A DNA stretch of 64,000 nt from assembly GCF_009914755.1 (NCBI RefSeq), contig NC_060938.1; one strand, 5' to 3'. The stretch comes from the human T2T-CHM13v2.0 reference genome, Homo sapiens. Each line of letters starts with the position of its first letter. Position 1 is the stretch's first letter. This document shows, piece after piece, positions 1 through 19,467 of the stretch. The notes under the pieces are model-generated. The model was given only the letters and a program-made list of their open reading frames with translations, did no database searches and was not told the DNA's origin. The position numbers and the translations under genes were made by a program.

Positions 1-149
1 AGAGATGGGGTTTCAACATGTTGGCCAGGCTGGTCTCTTTCTAACTCCTAACCTCAAGTAATCCGCCCACCTTGGCCTCCCAAAGTGCTGGGATTACAGG
101 TGTGAGCCACCATGCCTGGCCCAATTTTCTTAATTTTTAAATTTTGTTA

Positions 150-345
150 AAAACTAAGACATGGGGGAGACGAGAGGAAAAAACTAAGACACAAACAAAC
201 ACATTACTCTAGGCCTACACAGGTCAGGATCACCAAGACATCACCAGACAATGTGAATTTTTCAGCTCCATTGTAATCTTATAAACCACCTTCATACATG
301 TGGTCCATCATTGAAGGAAACATCATAATGTAATGCATGATTATA
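150..345. mobile_element. Tigger3/MER47-like DNA transposon fragment
   Basis: Recognisable text: aggcctacacaggtcaggatca...aatttttcagctccattgtaatctta. Confidence 0.6.
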
Positions 346-372
346 TTCAATTAATGGCTTATAATAATCTTA

Positions 373-675
<303 letters not shown>

Positions 676-950
676 AATAATAATAATCTTAAATGGTCCG
701 CTCCATGGACTTTTCTTTTCTGAAACAGGGTCTCCCCACGTTGCCCAGGCTGTTCTCCTGAGCAACAACTATCCTCCTGCCTCAGCCTCCCTAGTAGCTG
801 GGACTGCAGGCACGCCACAAAACCTGTCTTTATATTGTGGTAAAATATATATAAAATTGGTCATTTTTAGCCATCTTGAAGTTACAATCCAGTGGCATTC
901 ACAATATTGTGCAACTATCACCACTCTCTAGTTCCAGAACATTTTCATGA

Positions 951-1708
<758 letters not shown>

Positions 1709-2041
1709 AACCAGAACAGTTTTCTAATGTGGAATGATGTGTTCTTTGCAGTTATTAATCCTCTTTAAATGAATCTTCGCTCATGAGATATTTCAGCTAA
1801 CCATTTCTCAAGTAAATCTGTGAGTCACTTTAGATAATTCTGTGACCTGTCTCAGGGTCAGAAATTCCTCTCTCTTTGGGTAATTAGATCCATGCTAGAT
1901 TACAGAACACTGTCCTATGAATTCTCTTTAAGGGAGGATTCCCAAAGCCTGGCCGATGCTGTGAAGTAAACCACTTTCTGTGTCTGCAAGGGGCAAAATG
2001 AGTAAGGCCTTAAGAAGACATTTCATTACATTGTGAAATAT

Positions 2042-2043
<2 letters not shown>

Positions 2044-2083
<40 letters not shown>
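2044..2083. repeat. (CA)n microsatellite in GCH1 intron 1
   Basis: About 20 CA units read directly. Confidence 0.95.
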
Positions 2084-2085
<2 letters not shown>

Positions 2086-3374
2086 TTTAAAGCCCTAGAC
2101 CTCCAAAGAGCTGATCCCACAGAAAACTGAAAGTTTATTTTTCAGTCTTTGTATTTTGAAATCTCTTCTGAGATTCCAAACTTTTGCAATTGAGGGGTAA
2201 AAAAAAGTGAATTTGGAAACAGAACTAGAAGTCACTGCCGGTTTTAGAGTGTAGCATCATTTCCTTTTGGGGCCCCGTCTCTTTCACATTCTGATTTCCC
2301 ACCCTTCCTTTGGGGTGTGGAAGACTGGGCAAAAAATAACTTTCTTTTTCCCAGGGTCTATTTGGTGGAATCGCTCTACACTCCTTCAGAGAAATAACTG
2401 GGGCAGGGAGATTGCCTTTCCAGCGCACTGTTTTTCTTTCAAAAAACAGTGAACGGTAGAATGCTTCTTAGGGCAAATAAATAAATGTCACCAAGACACA
2501 CGGAAGGTGTAGACTGGAAAATAATGTCTTTGGTCCCAGCTGTAGAAGCCAGAAGCTTTATTTTTTTAAACACAGACCAATACTGCTTCTCTGGCCAACA
2601 GGCAGCAAAGTCCCCATTTTCCACTCTCCATCACCCCATCTTGCATCCTACCCACACTGATTGCATCCCCACCCTCTGGGTGAAAAGCCGACACGCCTCA
2701 GACGCTAACAGCACCGGGTCAACCCGGCTTTATTTTAGGGTGGGAGGGTGCGGGGATGAGACTGAGTCCTGGAACCCACGGAGCCCTCCGAATCCCGGAG
2801 TAGCTTTACTGCTTTTTGCGGGGTTGGGGGTGGGGGGAGGAAACAGATTTCAGCAGCAAACTCACCCAATCAACCTCACACCTCAAACTCCGGGGAAGCC
2901 CGTGCCCAAAATTGTGCCGAATTTTGTAAATGTCCTGAACTGGAGTAAACTTGAGGTGGACAAAAAAAAAAGCACAACTCTAAGACTCCGATCCCCTGGC
3001 AAATCAGTGGGAATGCAGGTCCCCGAGGTTTCGGGGAAGGATCGCGCCGAGGCTTCAATCCAGATACACACCCTGACAATGGGATCTCAATAAGGAACTA
3101 CCCAGGAAGCCGTCGCCGCAGCAAGTGCCCAGGTGATCCTTATCGTGGGCAAGTTTGGAACCGCAGGTACCCCGAGAATCCCGCGCTGGGCGCTCAGGCG
3201 AGAGGGCTCCGGGCTCCCGTCCACGCCCACCCGGGGCGTTCTAGGAGGGCTGCGCGCTGGGAGCGGGAAGGGCCCCTGGAAGGCGGCTGCAGCGAGTTCC
3301 GGGGCTGAGAGGTCGCTGCCACCCAGGAAGCCCCGACTGTGCCCCACGCAGGGCCTCGGCAGGGCGGCAGGCTA

Positions 3375-3989
<615 letters not shown>

Positions 3990-4041
3990 TCACACTCCGA
4001 GCCGGGAGCGGCCACAGGCTGGAAAGCCCGGCCGCGCCTCC

Positions 4042-4108
4042 TTTTTATGGCCCGGCGGCTCAGCCTGCGCCGCGGAGCGCTCCCATTGGCCGGCCCCGCC
4101 TCGCGTCA
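4042..4108 (-). promoter_or_regulatory. GCH1: GCH1 proximal promoter: TATA-like ATAAAAA (4048-4042), CCAAT (4089-4085), GC box (~4100-4092), variant CRE TGACGCGA (4108-4101)
   Basis: Motifs read directly on the minus strand, in the order known for the cAMP-responsive GCH1 promoter. Confidence 0.85.
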
Positions 4109-4526
4109 CGGCCCTCGCCGCGCCCCTCGGCCTCCCGCCCCCGGGGTCCCCAGCAGGGGTCGCGGCTCCGGAGACGCCCGGAGGGGTTCGCAAGCGCAGG
4201 GAGGGAAGGAAAAGGGCGCCGGCCCCTAGGATCAGGCGGGACCCCTCCACTTATTGCGGAATGAGCCGAACCCGAAAAGAGGCAGTCGTCCAGGAGCTGG
4301 GATCTCAGTGAGAAAGACGCGGTCTGGGCGCCCAGTCGCCCCCTCTTCAGGCCAAGAGGGCGCTGCATTGAAGGGCTCCGGTCCCCTCGCCCTGTGAAAG
4401 ATCAGCAAACAGGTGGCCTTGCCTGGAGAGAGACCGAGTTAAGCCACCGATTAGGAACCAACTCTTAAGCTTTCAAGGCAAGAGAATAATGTGACTTCAG
4501 ACTCTTGGGTTTAGTTAAAAACGCAC

Positions 4527-4543
4527 CTGCCACCTAGGGGCCA
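4527..4543 (-). promoter_or_regulatory. Candidate CTCF site TGGCCCCTAGGTGGCAG
   Basis: Close match to the CTCF core CC-C-AG-GGC motif, ~0.5 kb upstream of the GCH1 promoter. Confidence 0.6.
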
Positions 4544-5176
4544 GGTGGCACCGCTGTCGGGGCAAGTGTCACATCAAGTGGCCCTTATGTGGGTCCCTAT
4601 GTCTAGAAGGATAGGATTTATGGTTGCTAGAACTTTGATCCTGGAAAAATTGATTTGCAAACGAAGATAGGACTTTCACTTAAAATCCATTTCCGTCGGT
4701 GGCTCACGCCTGTACTCCCGGCGCTTGGGGAGACCGAGGCGGGAGGATCGCTTGAGGCCAAGAGTTCGAGACCAGCCTGGAAAACATAGCAAGACCTCAT
4801 CTCTATAAAACCCATCGCATTTTCTAGAAACGCAGTTGTGCAGATTTGGTGCTCAATTGTTTTACAGTTCCATGCAAAGCGTCTTTCCCCAGATGTTGGT
4901 ACAAATTGTGAAATGCTATTCACCAACTGAACTCTTAACCAGTGACATCTGCTGTAACTGTTTTCTTTGAGATTAATAAATGGACCTTTTTCCTCACTTG
5001 AGGGATTATCTCATAATGCCGAAGGTGAGCTTTAAAACATGTATCAAAATAATATTTTTTTTCTTTTTTTTTTTTTGAGGCTCACTTCATCCTCCGCCTC
5101 CTGGGTTCAAACGATTCTCCTGCCTCAGCCTCCTGAGTAGCTGGGATTACAGGCACCTGCCACCATGCCCGGCTAA

Positions 5177-5329
<153 letters not shown>

Positions 5330-5556
5330 TAGAAGCAGGTATTAATAGGCTTAGGATCAAACAAACCAATAGGGAAGCCTGTGGAATTATTCTATGCTAA
5401 CAATGTAGCTTGGTCATTATAATAAGTAATTAGTATTTATGATACATCTGCTCTAGGCGCAGCCCCGTTGGAAACATTCAGGAAAGAAATATGGACATTG
5501 CCTAGCCTTGTAGGCACCTTTACTCCAAAATGGAAGAAATGTTCATATCAGTGGGG

Positions 5557-5593
<37 letters not shown>

Positions 5594-6686
5594 AATTTTA
5601 ATCTATTTATTTAAGAGCGGGTTATGAGACTGGCTAATTTTTGTATTTTTGGTAGAGATAAGGTTTCACCATGTTGCCAAAGCTGGTCTCGAACTCCAGG
5701 GCTCAGGATTATAGGCCTGAGCCACCGTACCCGGCCCAGTGGGGTTTTTAAATAGAGAATATGAACATCCTTTGGAAAACCTCTTTGTCATTTTCCTCTT
5801 TATTAAAATTTTTAAATTTTTTATTGTAGGTTTTTATTGGGAGTGGGGCCCTGCAACATTTTTTTCCTCTAACTGTGCTGCCCACTGTCTGCTGATACCT
5901 CCTGGTCAGAATTATCTGCTGGGTCTCAAGCTATTTCAAGCATAGTTGAAGACAACATTCAAAGGATGACCTTGCATTTAACAAATGAAAACAAAGATAC
6001 TAAGTGAGGTACTTTAAAAATGGAGAGAGTAGATAGAGATGCTTTCAGTACGAATTTATTTTTAGTGGCAATCTTTCGTCTTCCTTTAAAAACATGTGTA
6101 AAGATTAACTAATATTGTATTCCACAAAGACAGTTTCTAATGAAATTTTTACCCTAAAAATTAACATTTTCTTACACGTATTGCCACTGAGGCACCTGCA
6201 CCTTTGTTGCAGGACAGGGCCTCTGGATACATGCTAACTTGTAAAATGGAGGCAGTGCCTTTCGGCCAAATGCCCAAAAATAATACAAGAAAACTTTGAA
6301 ATCACCAACATTATATGAATAATTTAATAGTAAAATGTAGATAGTTGACAAGGATGGTTATAAGTAGCAACAGGAGAAAAAAAGAGGAATAAACCAAAAG
6401 GGAAGTAGGTCCCAGATAATTTATTAGCATAAAATGGTTCAACAGTAATATTATGAGCATTTACAGCCAGGAATTGTTACCGCATCCATGTTTTTCACCC
6501 AGTAAGGGATTCATTTTCAGCTTGGACCCAGTCTGGGAGTTTCTTTCTACCAAAAAGCCAAGGAATTTTTTAAAGTCTCTAATTTCTAGGACAGCAGCAG
6601 AACAAAGAGGCAGATGAGAAAGACACACCAAGTCAGAGACTGAACACTGCAGTGCTACAGAAATGTACAAAGAGTTGTTTGCCAAG

Positions 6687-6795
6687 TGTGATATGATGAT
6701 ACATGTATATGTAGGTTTTCAGCCATAGTACCTGGTTCATAACTCACAGTCTTTTGTTACAATGTTGGGGCACTTTAGGCCTCAGAAAATAGAAT

Positions 6796-6831
<36 letters not shown>

Positions 6832-7549
6832 TTCTGCTCCCCTTCCACTCACTAAAGGCAGGACTCTAATCATCTCCCGCCTTTCTGATTACGGATCATA
6901 AACCCTCATTGCAAACAGGGTCCTGCCTCATACCCTGGAGGAAGCATGGCTGCACAGAGAGGTCAATCACACCTTGACACGGCTGTCCATGCTTCAATCA
7001 TGCCTATACAACGAACATAAAAGGCCCAGACGGCAGGGCTCAGGGAGGTTTTGGACAGCTGAATATGTGGAGGTTCCTGGAGGGTGGTGTGCCCAGGGAG
7101 GGCATGGAAACTCCATACCTCTTACCCCATACCTCACCCTATGCATCTTTTCATCTGTATCTTTTGTAATATCCTTCATAATAAACTGGTAAACGTAAGT
7201 GTTTCCCTGAGTTCTTTGAGTCACTCTAGCAAATTAATTGAACCCAAAGAGGGGGTTGTGGAAACCCCAACTTGAAGCCAGTCAATCAAAAGTTCCAGAG
7301 GCCCAGACTTGTGAGTGGTGGAAAGGAGGGGCCAGTGTTGGGGACTGAGCCTTCAACTTGTGGGATCTACAGCTATCTCCAGGTAGGCAGAATCAGAATT
7401 GAATTAAATAAGAGGGAGGACACCTAGCTGATGTCCCCTGCTTGGTGTGTGGGAGAAAACCCCCACCCATTTGGTCACAGAGTCTTCTGTGTTGACTGTT
7501 GTTGTGGTATAACAGCAGAAGAAAACCACAGTTTCAATTTGTCCAAACA
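6687..7549 (+). mobile_element. Solo LTR, MER21-like (ERVL), containing a (CT)n tract at ~6799-6827
   Basis: TG...CA termini, 5-bp target-site duplication CCAAG (6682-6686 / 7550-7554), 863 bp, MER21-like text (aataaactggtaaacgtaagtgtttccctgagttct). Confidence 0.8.
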
Positions 7550-7696
7550 CCAAGGGTAATAGACAAACTAACATTGGGTATTTGGCAACAGTAATTGGAA
7601 AAAAGCAAATTTAAGTGAACTTGATGGAGGCTCTATACTTGAAATTCAAACTCTGGAGGAGATTTTGGATCAAGGTAGAAAGGTACAAAGAAAAGG

Positions 7697-10460
<2,764 letters not shown>

Positions 10461-13053
10461 AAGTGCTGTTTCTTATCATTAACTGAAAATTAATCAAAAG
10501 TTGAAATAAAACATTTCTGTTCCTTGGTTAATGAAAATAGAAAAAAAATTTTTTTTAATTATAATGTAAGTCAATAGGGTATAGTTTGTTTCAAGATTTT
10601 CAGCAACAGAGTGATTTAACTGAGGTAAAACTGTATTGTAAATACTACAAGTTTGGTGTTTATTTATTTATTTTAAAGAAGGGGTCTTGCTCTGTTGCCC
10701 AGGCTGGAGTGCAGTGGCATGATCATGGCTCACTGCAGCCTTGAATGCCTGGGCTAAACAATCTTCCTAGCTCAGCCTCCCCAGTAGCTGGGACTACAGG
10801 AGTGAGCCACCATTTAATATTGTTGCTCTCTCAAACTCTCACACCTAAACTCCACCACCCAACTAGAGTTTGGTTTTTTTGTTGTTGTTTTTTAGAGATG
10901 GGGGTCTCACTTTGTTGCCCAGGCTGGTCTCAAACTCCAGGCCTCAACAGATTCTTCTGCCTTGGCCTCCCAAAATACTGGGATTACAGGAGTGAGCCAC
11001 CGTGCTGGGCTAATATATTTTTTAATGTACTTAGTGCAACACCTGATGACAGAACTATGAAATGATACCTCAAAAGATGCATTTCACTGAATGCAATTTA
11101 CTATTAAAAGCCCATATGCTGAGTTCCCAACTAGGCATTGCGAAATGACACCATTCATCAAGAAGGCTTTCAAACTTATGTATGATGAGAACACTGGGTC
11201 AGGGCTCTATCATCTGAGGAAGGGACAATCTAGACATGGATCAATATCTATCTGCAGAGCATTATCTCCAACACAACAGTGTCCGATGGCAGGGCTGTAT
11301 GTCTCATCTGCACATTTCCACTGCTCCCCACTTCTCCCGAGCTCCTCTATCGGTAGTAGTTATTTTGGGAGGAGGCCTAGTTTATCCAGAGCAGAGGATT
11401 TGTTTTCTAGTCAGCAGATGCTTTCAAGTTGTAATTTAACTGTCAATGAAAAATAAATAAAAGGTGTTGCAAATTCTGTAAGATCTTAGCAATTCATGGA
11501 AGCTCTGTTGTTATTGAATGTATCTCCCTCTCAGTTGCCTGGGGAACTGCATTTTAATGTCACACATCAAGCAGCTCTTTCCTGAATGTAATTGTAGTTT
11601 TTCTGATGTCATGGTTAAAGCTGTTCAAATGTTTGGCTTCTGGCAAATATTTTCTAACATCATTCATGACAGTGATGGATCTGAAGCAATTTTAATACAT
11701 TTTTAAATCTCACTAACTTATTAAATAACCAGAGAAAGAATCGTATATAAATTGAAAATATATTCATTACCAGAAGAAGTGTCTAGGAAGATACATGTGA
11801 GTCTGTAATGATATGAGGTTTTCATGACTATGATTGGTTCATTGCAGGATAGCATATTAGAGGCCAGGCACGATGTCTCATCAGGGTATGCCATATACCA
11901 AGATGAAGCCCTATACCAGATGGACCATTGGTTTCTACAAGTCACTGCTAGATGCCTACCCCAATATCATTTCTCCCCTTCTTTTACTAAAGGATCTCCA
12001 ACTCAGTTCAGAGAGGCCTGGACTTAGTTCAATACACTTGGACTTGACTTTAAAAAAACACACACACATTTTCAAGTTCCCTGCAGTTACAATGGCCACA
12101 TGACATAGTTCTGTCCAATGAGTTATCAGTAGAAATTGCTGGATGGCACTTCTGGGAAAGGCCCTTAAAAGGGGGCAGATTGGTTGCTTTTCTATGTCTA
12201 AGGAATATGATAATTAATATTGATATAATATCTGTTTATACCCATCTTGTCCCATGAGAAAATTCTGAGTTAATGTGCAGTTCTGCTCAGGTATTAGATT
12301 AACATTTTCATAAGGAACCCTAGTGACAAAAACTGTTGAATTTTAGGCCGGTAGGGAGGTGTTTTTGAGCAGGAAAGCCTGAGTGCCCCTCAGTTTCCAA
12401 CATACAAGAAGTCCTAGGCCAGGCGTGGTGGCTCATGCCTGTAATCCCAGCACTTTGGAAGGCTGAGGTGGGCAGGCCACTTGAGCTCAGAAGTTCGAGA
12501 CCAGCCTGGGCAAGATGGTGAAACCCAGTCTTTACAAAAAATACAAAAAAATTAGCCAGGCATGGTGGCCCATGCCTGTAGTCGCAGCTACTGTTTAGCC
12601 AGTGAATGGAGCTGGCTTTGGCTTTCATGAACAATAAGGTGTGGGGAGGATGAGATTTGGAATGAGAGGATGAGATTTGGAGGATGAGATTTGTCTAATT
12701 TTATGCAATTAGACAAAGGGGTACATTCCAGCACAGCAGTGAGTAAGTCCTAGGTCTTGGGAAATAGCACCCTGTAGGTCTGTATATTTGCAAAGTTGTG
12801 GAGAATCTAAAAGGAAAATTGTATAAACTTTCCTCTCCAAGGCTAACTCATTTTCTTTAACTCACTGGTTTAATTTGACCAGTTTCATTCCTTTTGGCTT
12901 TCACACCTGTCCAAATCTGCTTGTCTCACTTTTATTATATATATAATATTATTATTTTAAAAAATAAAACATACTTCCCAACTGGTGAGCTTTTATACAT
13001 ATGCATATATAAATATGCAAAATGTTCTTATTGATCTACATAGGCAGTTGTAA

Positions 13054-13221
<168 letters not shown>

Positions 13222-14002
13222 TAGCTAATTTTTTGTATTTTTAGTAGAGATGGGGTTTCACCATGTTAGCCAGGCTGGTCTGGAACTCCTGACCTCAAGT
13301 GATCTGCCCGCCTCAGCCTCCCAAAGTGCAGGGATTACGGGGTGAGCTACCACACCTGGCTGTAAATTTTAATAAATGGGTTTGGAAGATACAGTTTAAT
13401 TAGAAGATTAATGAGACCTTCCAGAATGTTAACACAATAGGAGCGTGTGTTTGAACAGTACACGCCAAACTTCAGTCATTCAAGTACCATCTGGTTCTCT
13501 GATTGTGCCTATTTCTGAGGATATTTTAAAAGCTCCAGGATGTACCCCATACAACCAAAAACTTGGAGGGAAGAACAGCAATGTTCCCAGCCTTGTATGT
13601 TGTAATCACCAACCTTAAATACATTCCAACTATGAAAGAGAACAGGCCTTTTTGTGGCCAGGCTGGGGAATGGCATCCAACTGATCATAGATCAGATGGA
13701 AATCAAGAAATGATCAGAAAGCAAAGAAACTCAACCCTCACCCCATTGTCCCCTCATCACACTTCCTCAAGCCAAGTGAGAAAGACACAGCTAAGTGTTG
13801 GGCTAATCCTGTCCTTACATGGAAATCTGAGCAGTGGCAGAGAGTGAGAGGAAACGGAGCCTTTGTAAAGAGACTCGGAAAGTCACTGGTTCTGATTTTG
13901 GCAAAGGTGCAGAAGTAAAACAATTTGGCATTTATACAGGCCTGCGTGGAACCCTAGTTTAGTCACTTATTAGAAGCTATGTAACCTTGGACAGATCCCT
14001 TA

Positions 14003-14736
<734 letters not shown>

Positions 14737-15670
14737 CTAATAATACAATAATACCATCCTTGCAAAGTTGTTAAAGTGATTTCTAAAAATACAATGTATA
14801 TTACATGATTCCATTTATATAAATTTCACAGACACTTTGGGAAGCCAAGGCAAGAGGATTGCTTGAGTCCAGAAGTTCAAGACCAGCCTGGGCAATATAG
14901 TGAGACCCCATCTCTATAAAAAATTTAAAAATAAATAAATAAATAGTCAAAAACAGGGAAATTAGTCTGTGATATTGCAAGTTAGGATAGTACCTATCTT
15001 TGAGGGGAGGGGAGGGTCTTGCTTGGGAGAGGCACCTTGTGAACTTCTGAGGTATGGGCAGGGACTTGGAAGAAAGGGATACGGGGCTTCACTTTGTGAT
15101 AGTTCGCTGAGATTTACATTTATGTTGTGGGCACTTTTCTGTATATAAATATACTTGAATTTTGTTGAAGTTGAAAGAAATAACACATATAATGGCTTAG
15201 CACTGTGCCCAACATATTCTAGGTGCTTGGTGAATGACACTTGTTATTTGTCATTCATTCTAGATGCCAAAGCCTGTTGGAAGATGTGTAATTGAGAAAT
15301 CAGTAAGAATGAAATCCAATTTTAAAATTTCCAATAGTTTGTGTTTCTATAACATGTCATTGACATCCCATGTGGAAATTTGAGAAGTATTATTAGAGAG
15401 GGGTGTAACTGGAAGCTGTGAAAATTCACATCTGAGGGCACAGAGAACAGGCTCCATTTTGCTGTTATGTAGACTTCCTAGTTCCTGTGTCCCATTGGAG
15501 ATGCTCTGAAACCTTTTTCTCTAGTCTGTGATCCACCCACCATTTAGGTCTGCATGTGTCCATTTTAAATTAAAATTGAGTTCCCACTATGTAATTTTCC
15601 CACTGAAAAGCTGGGGCACGCAAAACCCTGTTGATCTCATCAAATCCTGATTAGTGGCCCTGTTTCTTGA

Positions 15671-15976
<306 letters not shown>

Positions 15977-16399
15977 TGATCCACCCGCCTCCGCCTCCCA
16001 AAGTGCTGGAATTACAGGTGTGAGCCACCATGCCTGGCCATTTGAATGTTAGTAATTGGAAGATTCCACAAAATAGGGTAGAGAATACCCAGAAACATAC
16101 TTACCTTTGACTCTTAACTGTCCTTACCCTCTCATCCAAGCTTCTCAGACTGACTCCTTGTAATGTGTCTAGACTAAACTGAAACTTTACCTGTTGAAAA
16201 TAGACAGTTATCAAGGAGCAAAAACAGATCTTTAAACAAGCTTTGAAGATTATCTTAATGGGGCTTAGTTTACACCCCAGGGTAAAAGTGGATCTGATCT
16301 TTGTTATCAGCTGAAAGGAACAGATCAGCATAAGCTGTCCAACTTAATTTTTTTTTTTTTAGATGGAATTTCACTCTTTTTGCCCAGGCTGGAGTGTGA

Positions 16400-16507
<108 letters not shown>

Positions 16508-16683
16508 TAATTTTTTGTATTTTTAGTAGAGATGGGGTTTCACCACGTTGGCCAGGGTAGTCTGGAACTCCTGACCTCAGGTAATCCACCCCCTTGGCCT
16601 CCCAACGTGCTGGGATTACAGCATGATTACACCAACGTGCTGAGATTACAGGCATGCGCCACCCACTAAGCCCGGCCCCAACA

Positions 16684-16830
16684 GAAAGAAAAGAAAAGAA
16701 AAGAAAAGAAAAGAGAAGAGAAGAGAAGAGAAGAGAAGAGAAGAGAAGAGAAGAGAAGAGAAGAGAAGAGAAGAGAAAAGAAAAGAGAAAAGAAAAGAAG
16801 AAAAGAAAAGAAAAGAAAAGGAAAAGGAAG
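16684..16830. repeat. Compound polypurine pentanucleotide repeat (AAAAG)n(AAGAG)n(AAAAG)n
   Basis: Read directly. Confidence 0.95.
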
Positions 16831-17316
16831 ATGATTCGTGGGGAGAGTGACAAGAAAAATTAGAAGGAGACTAGTGGGAAATTGCATTTATAATCATGGC
16901 GTCTGGGAAGTTTCCGAAACCCCTTGGGAGGAAGTGTTGTTATTTCCATTTTGAAGAGGAAGAAACTGGTTTTTACTTGCAAAATATCAGTAATTTGTTC
17001 AGTAAAAGGCTGCCCTCCAAAGCCCCAGCTGGACCAACCCACCATCCTAGCCCCCAGGGGAAAAAAGGAGAGTCAAATGAACAGCAATGTCTCTTTCCAG
17101 AGCTCCCTTCTGAAGATCCAGGATTGACAACCAGGAGCCCAGTTGCTCACCTGGAGCTTTCTTTCACACAGTCAGCCTACTCCCTATTGCCTTGTTCCAA
17201 GACCCCAGCATCAAGCCAAATTCTAGCCGGTGCCCACCCATTTCCATATCATCAATATCCACTTACACTTTTGTCCAGAGAGATCGACTTGTGGCAAATC
17301 TCCTCTTCCATCTTCC

Positions 17317-17381
17317 CTTTTTTTCTTTTTTTTTTTTCTTTTATTTTATTATACTTTAAGTTCTAGGGTACATGTGCACAA
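17317..17381 (-). mobile_element. Extremely 5'-truncated L1PA 3' end plus poly(A)
   Basis: ttattatactttaagttctagggtacatgtgcacaa is the reverse complement of the L1PA terminus. Confidence 0.8.
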
Positions 17382-18355
17382 TTGGCCTGCTCTGTCTTTA
17401 CCAAAAGAAAGTCATCAGCCTCAGGCATCCCATATCTTTCTATGATACACTGCCCCAGGCACCCTGTGAAAGTAGCAGTTCAGAATGTTGCTATCTGCAT
17501 GGGGAGTAACAATAACAACTGAGTAATGTATTCATTTGCAAGTTAAGCTACTCTCAATTCTTTGCTTTCACCAAAACTGAAAGAGCGTCTAATCATATTG
17601 TCAGCTAATAGATCATGTAAGATTATTTTTAATACATTATGTAATTTTTACAGATATATACAATTTTTCATAGAAGCAAGGTAAATAATAACTCCTGCTA
17701 TTCCCATCTATTCAGTACTTTTGTCTTTAAAAACAAAAATTGGAATAGAATTGATTATGAATATTTTCTCATTCTAGCAATAAACAATATTTATCCATGG
17801 CTTCATGAATGAAGTGGGAGGCGAGACCAGTTCTTTTTGTTAAGAAATGGGTTTCCAAAAGAATTGTACTGTTTAGTAAATATAAAATTTTGTGACATGT
17901 TTATTTTGTTGTGATACAATATATACTACTAAAAATGAAAAGATAATCCAGAATAACTTCAATAATACTTTAGAGCCTTATGGTCTCAGAAACTAATTCT
18001 TAAATTTAAGTTTATACATAAATTCTTTTTGTAGAGAGGCTCATCTGAGACAATCAATAAGAGAAATTTAGATAAAGTTAGGTAAAGGAAAGAGAAATAC
18101 AAACAAGAAGAAAAATGAAAAAAAGGAAGAGCTTACTCAATGATTTGTATAACTGGATGATGGTAGGGAACAAAGTGCTATAGTATTTACATTCCATTGA
18201 CTATTCTAAAAATGTGTTATAGTTTTGTTTTAAAGTCAATATTTAGAAGACACTGCAAATTATACCTTTAACAATTATTTAATCTTATAGAACTTTTAGT
18301 TATCAATCTATCAATGAGTGTGTGAGGCAGAGGAGGGTAGAAAGAGGACACATAG

Positions 18356-18672
<317 letters not shown>

Positions 18673-18784
18673 ATGGTTTCTATAATTCTTTTGGAGGTAC
18701 CTGAGCAAAAAAATGTTTGGCGACAGCCATTGTGGGATTTGGAGACTCAAGTGGCAGAATCTATCCTCACTTCCCTAGACTTGC

Positions 18785-19467
<683 letters not shown>

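Noticed and set aside
11040-11950. Repeat-poor stretch with several short overlapping ORFs (similarly 21300-22100 and 23830-24240)
   Set aside because: No recognisable product or splice structure. These may be enhancers, but that cannot be supported without conservation or chromatin data.
12646-12693. Three copies of GAGGATGAGATTTG; similar micro-duplications at ~951-980 and ~16602-16656
   Set aside because: Ordinary slippage duplications, not a spaced array.
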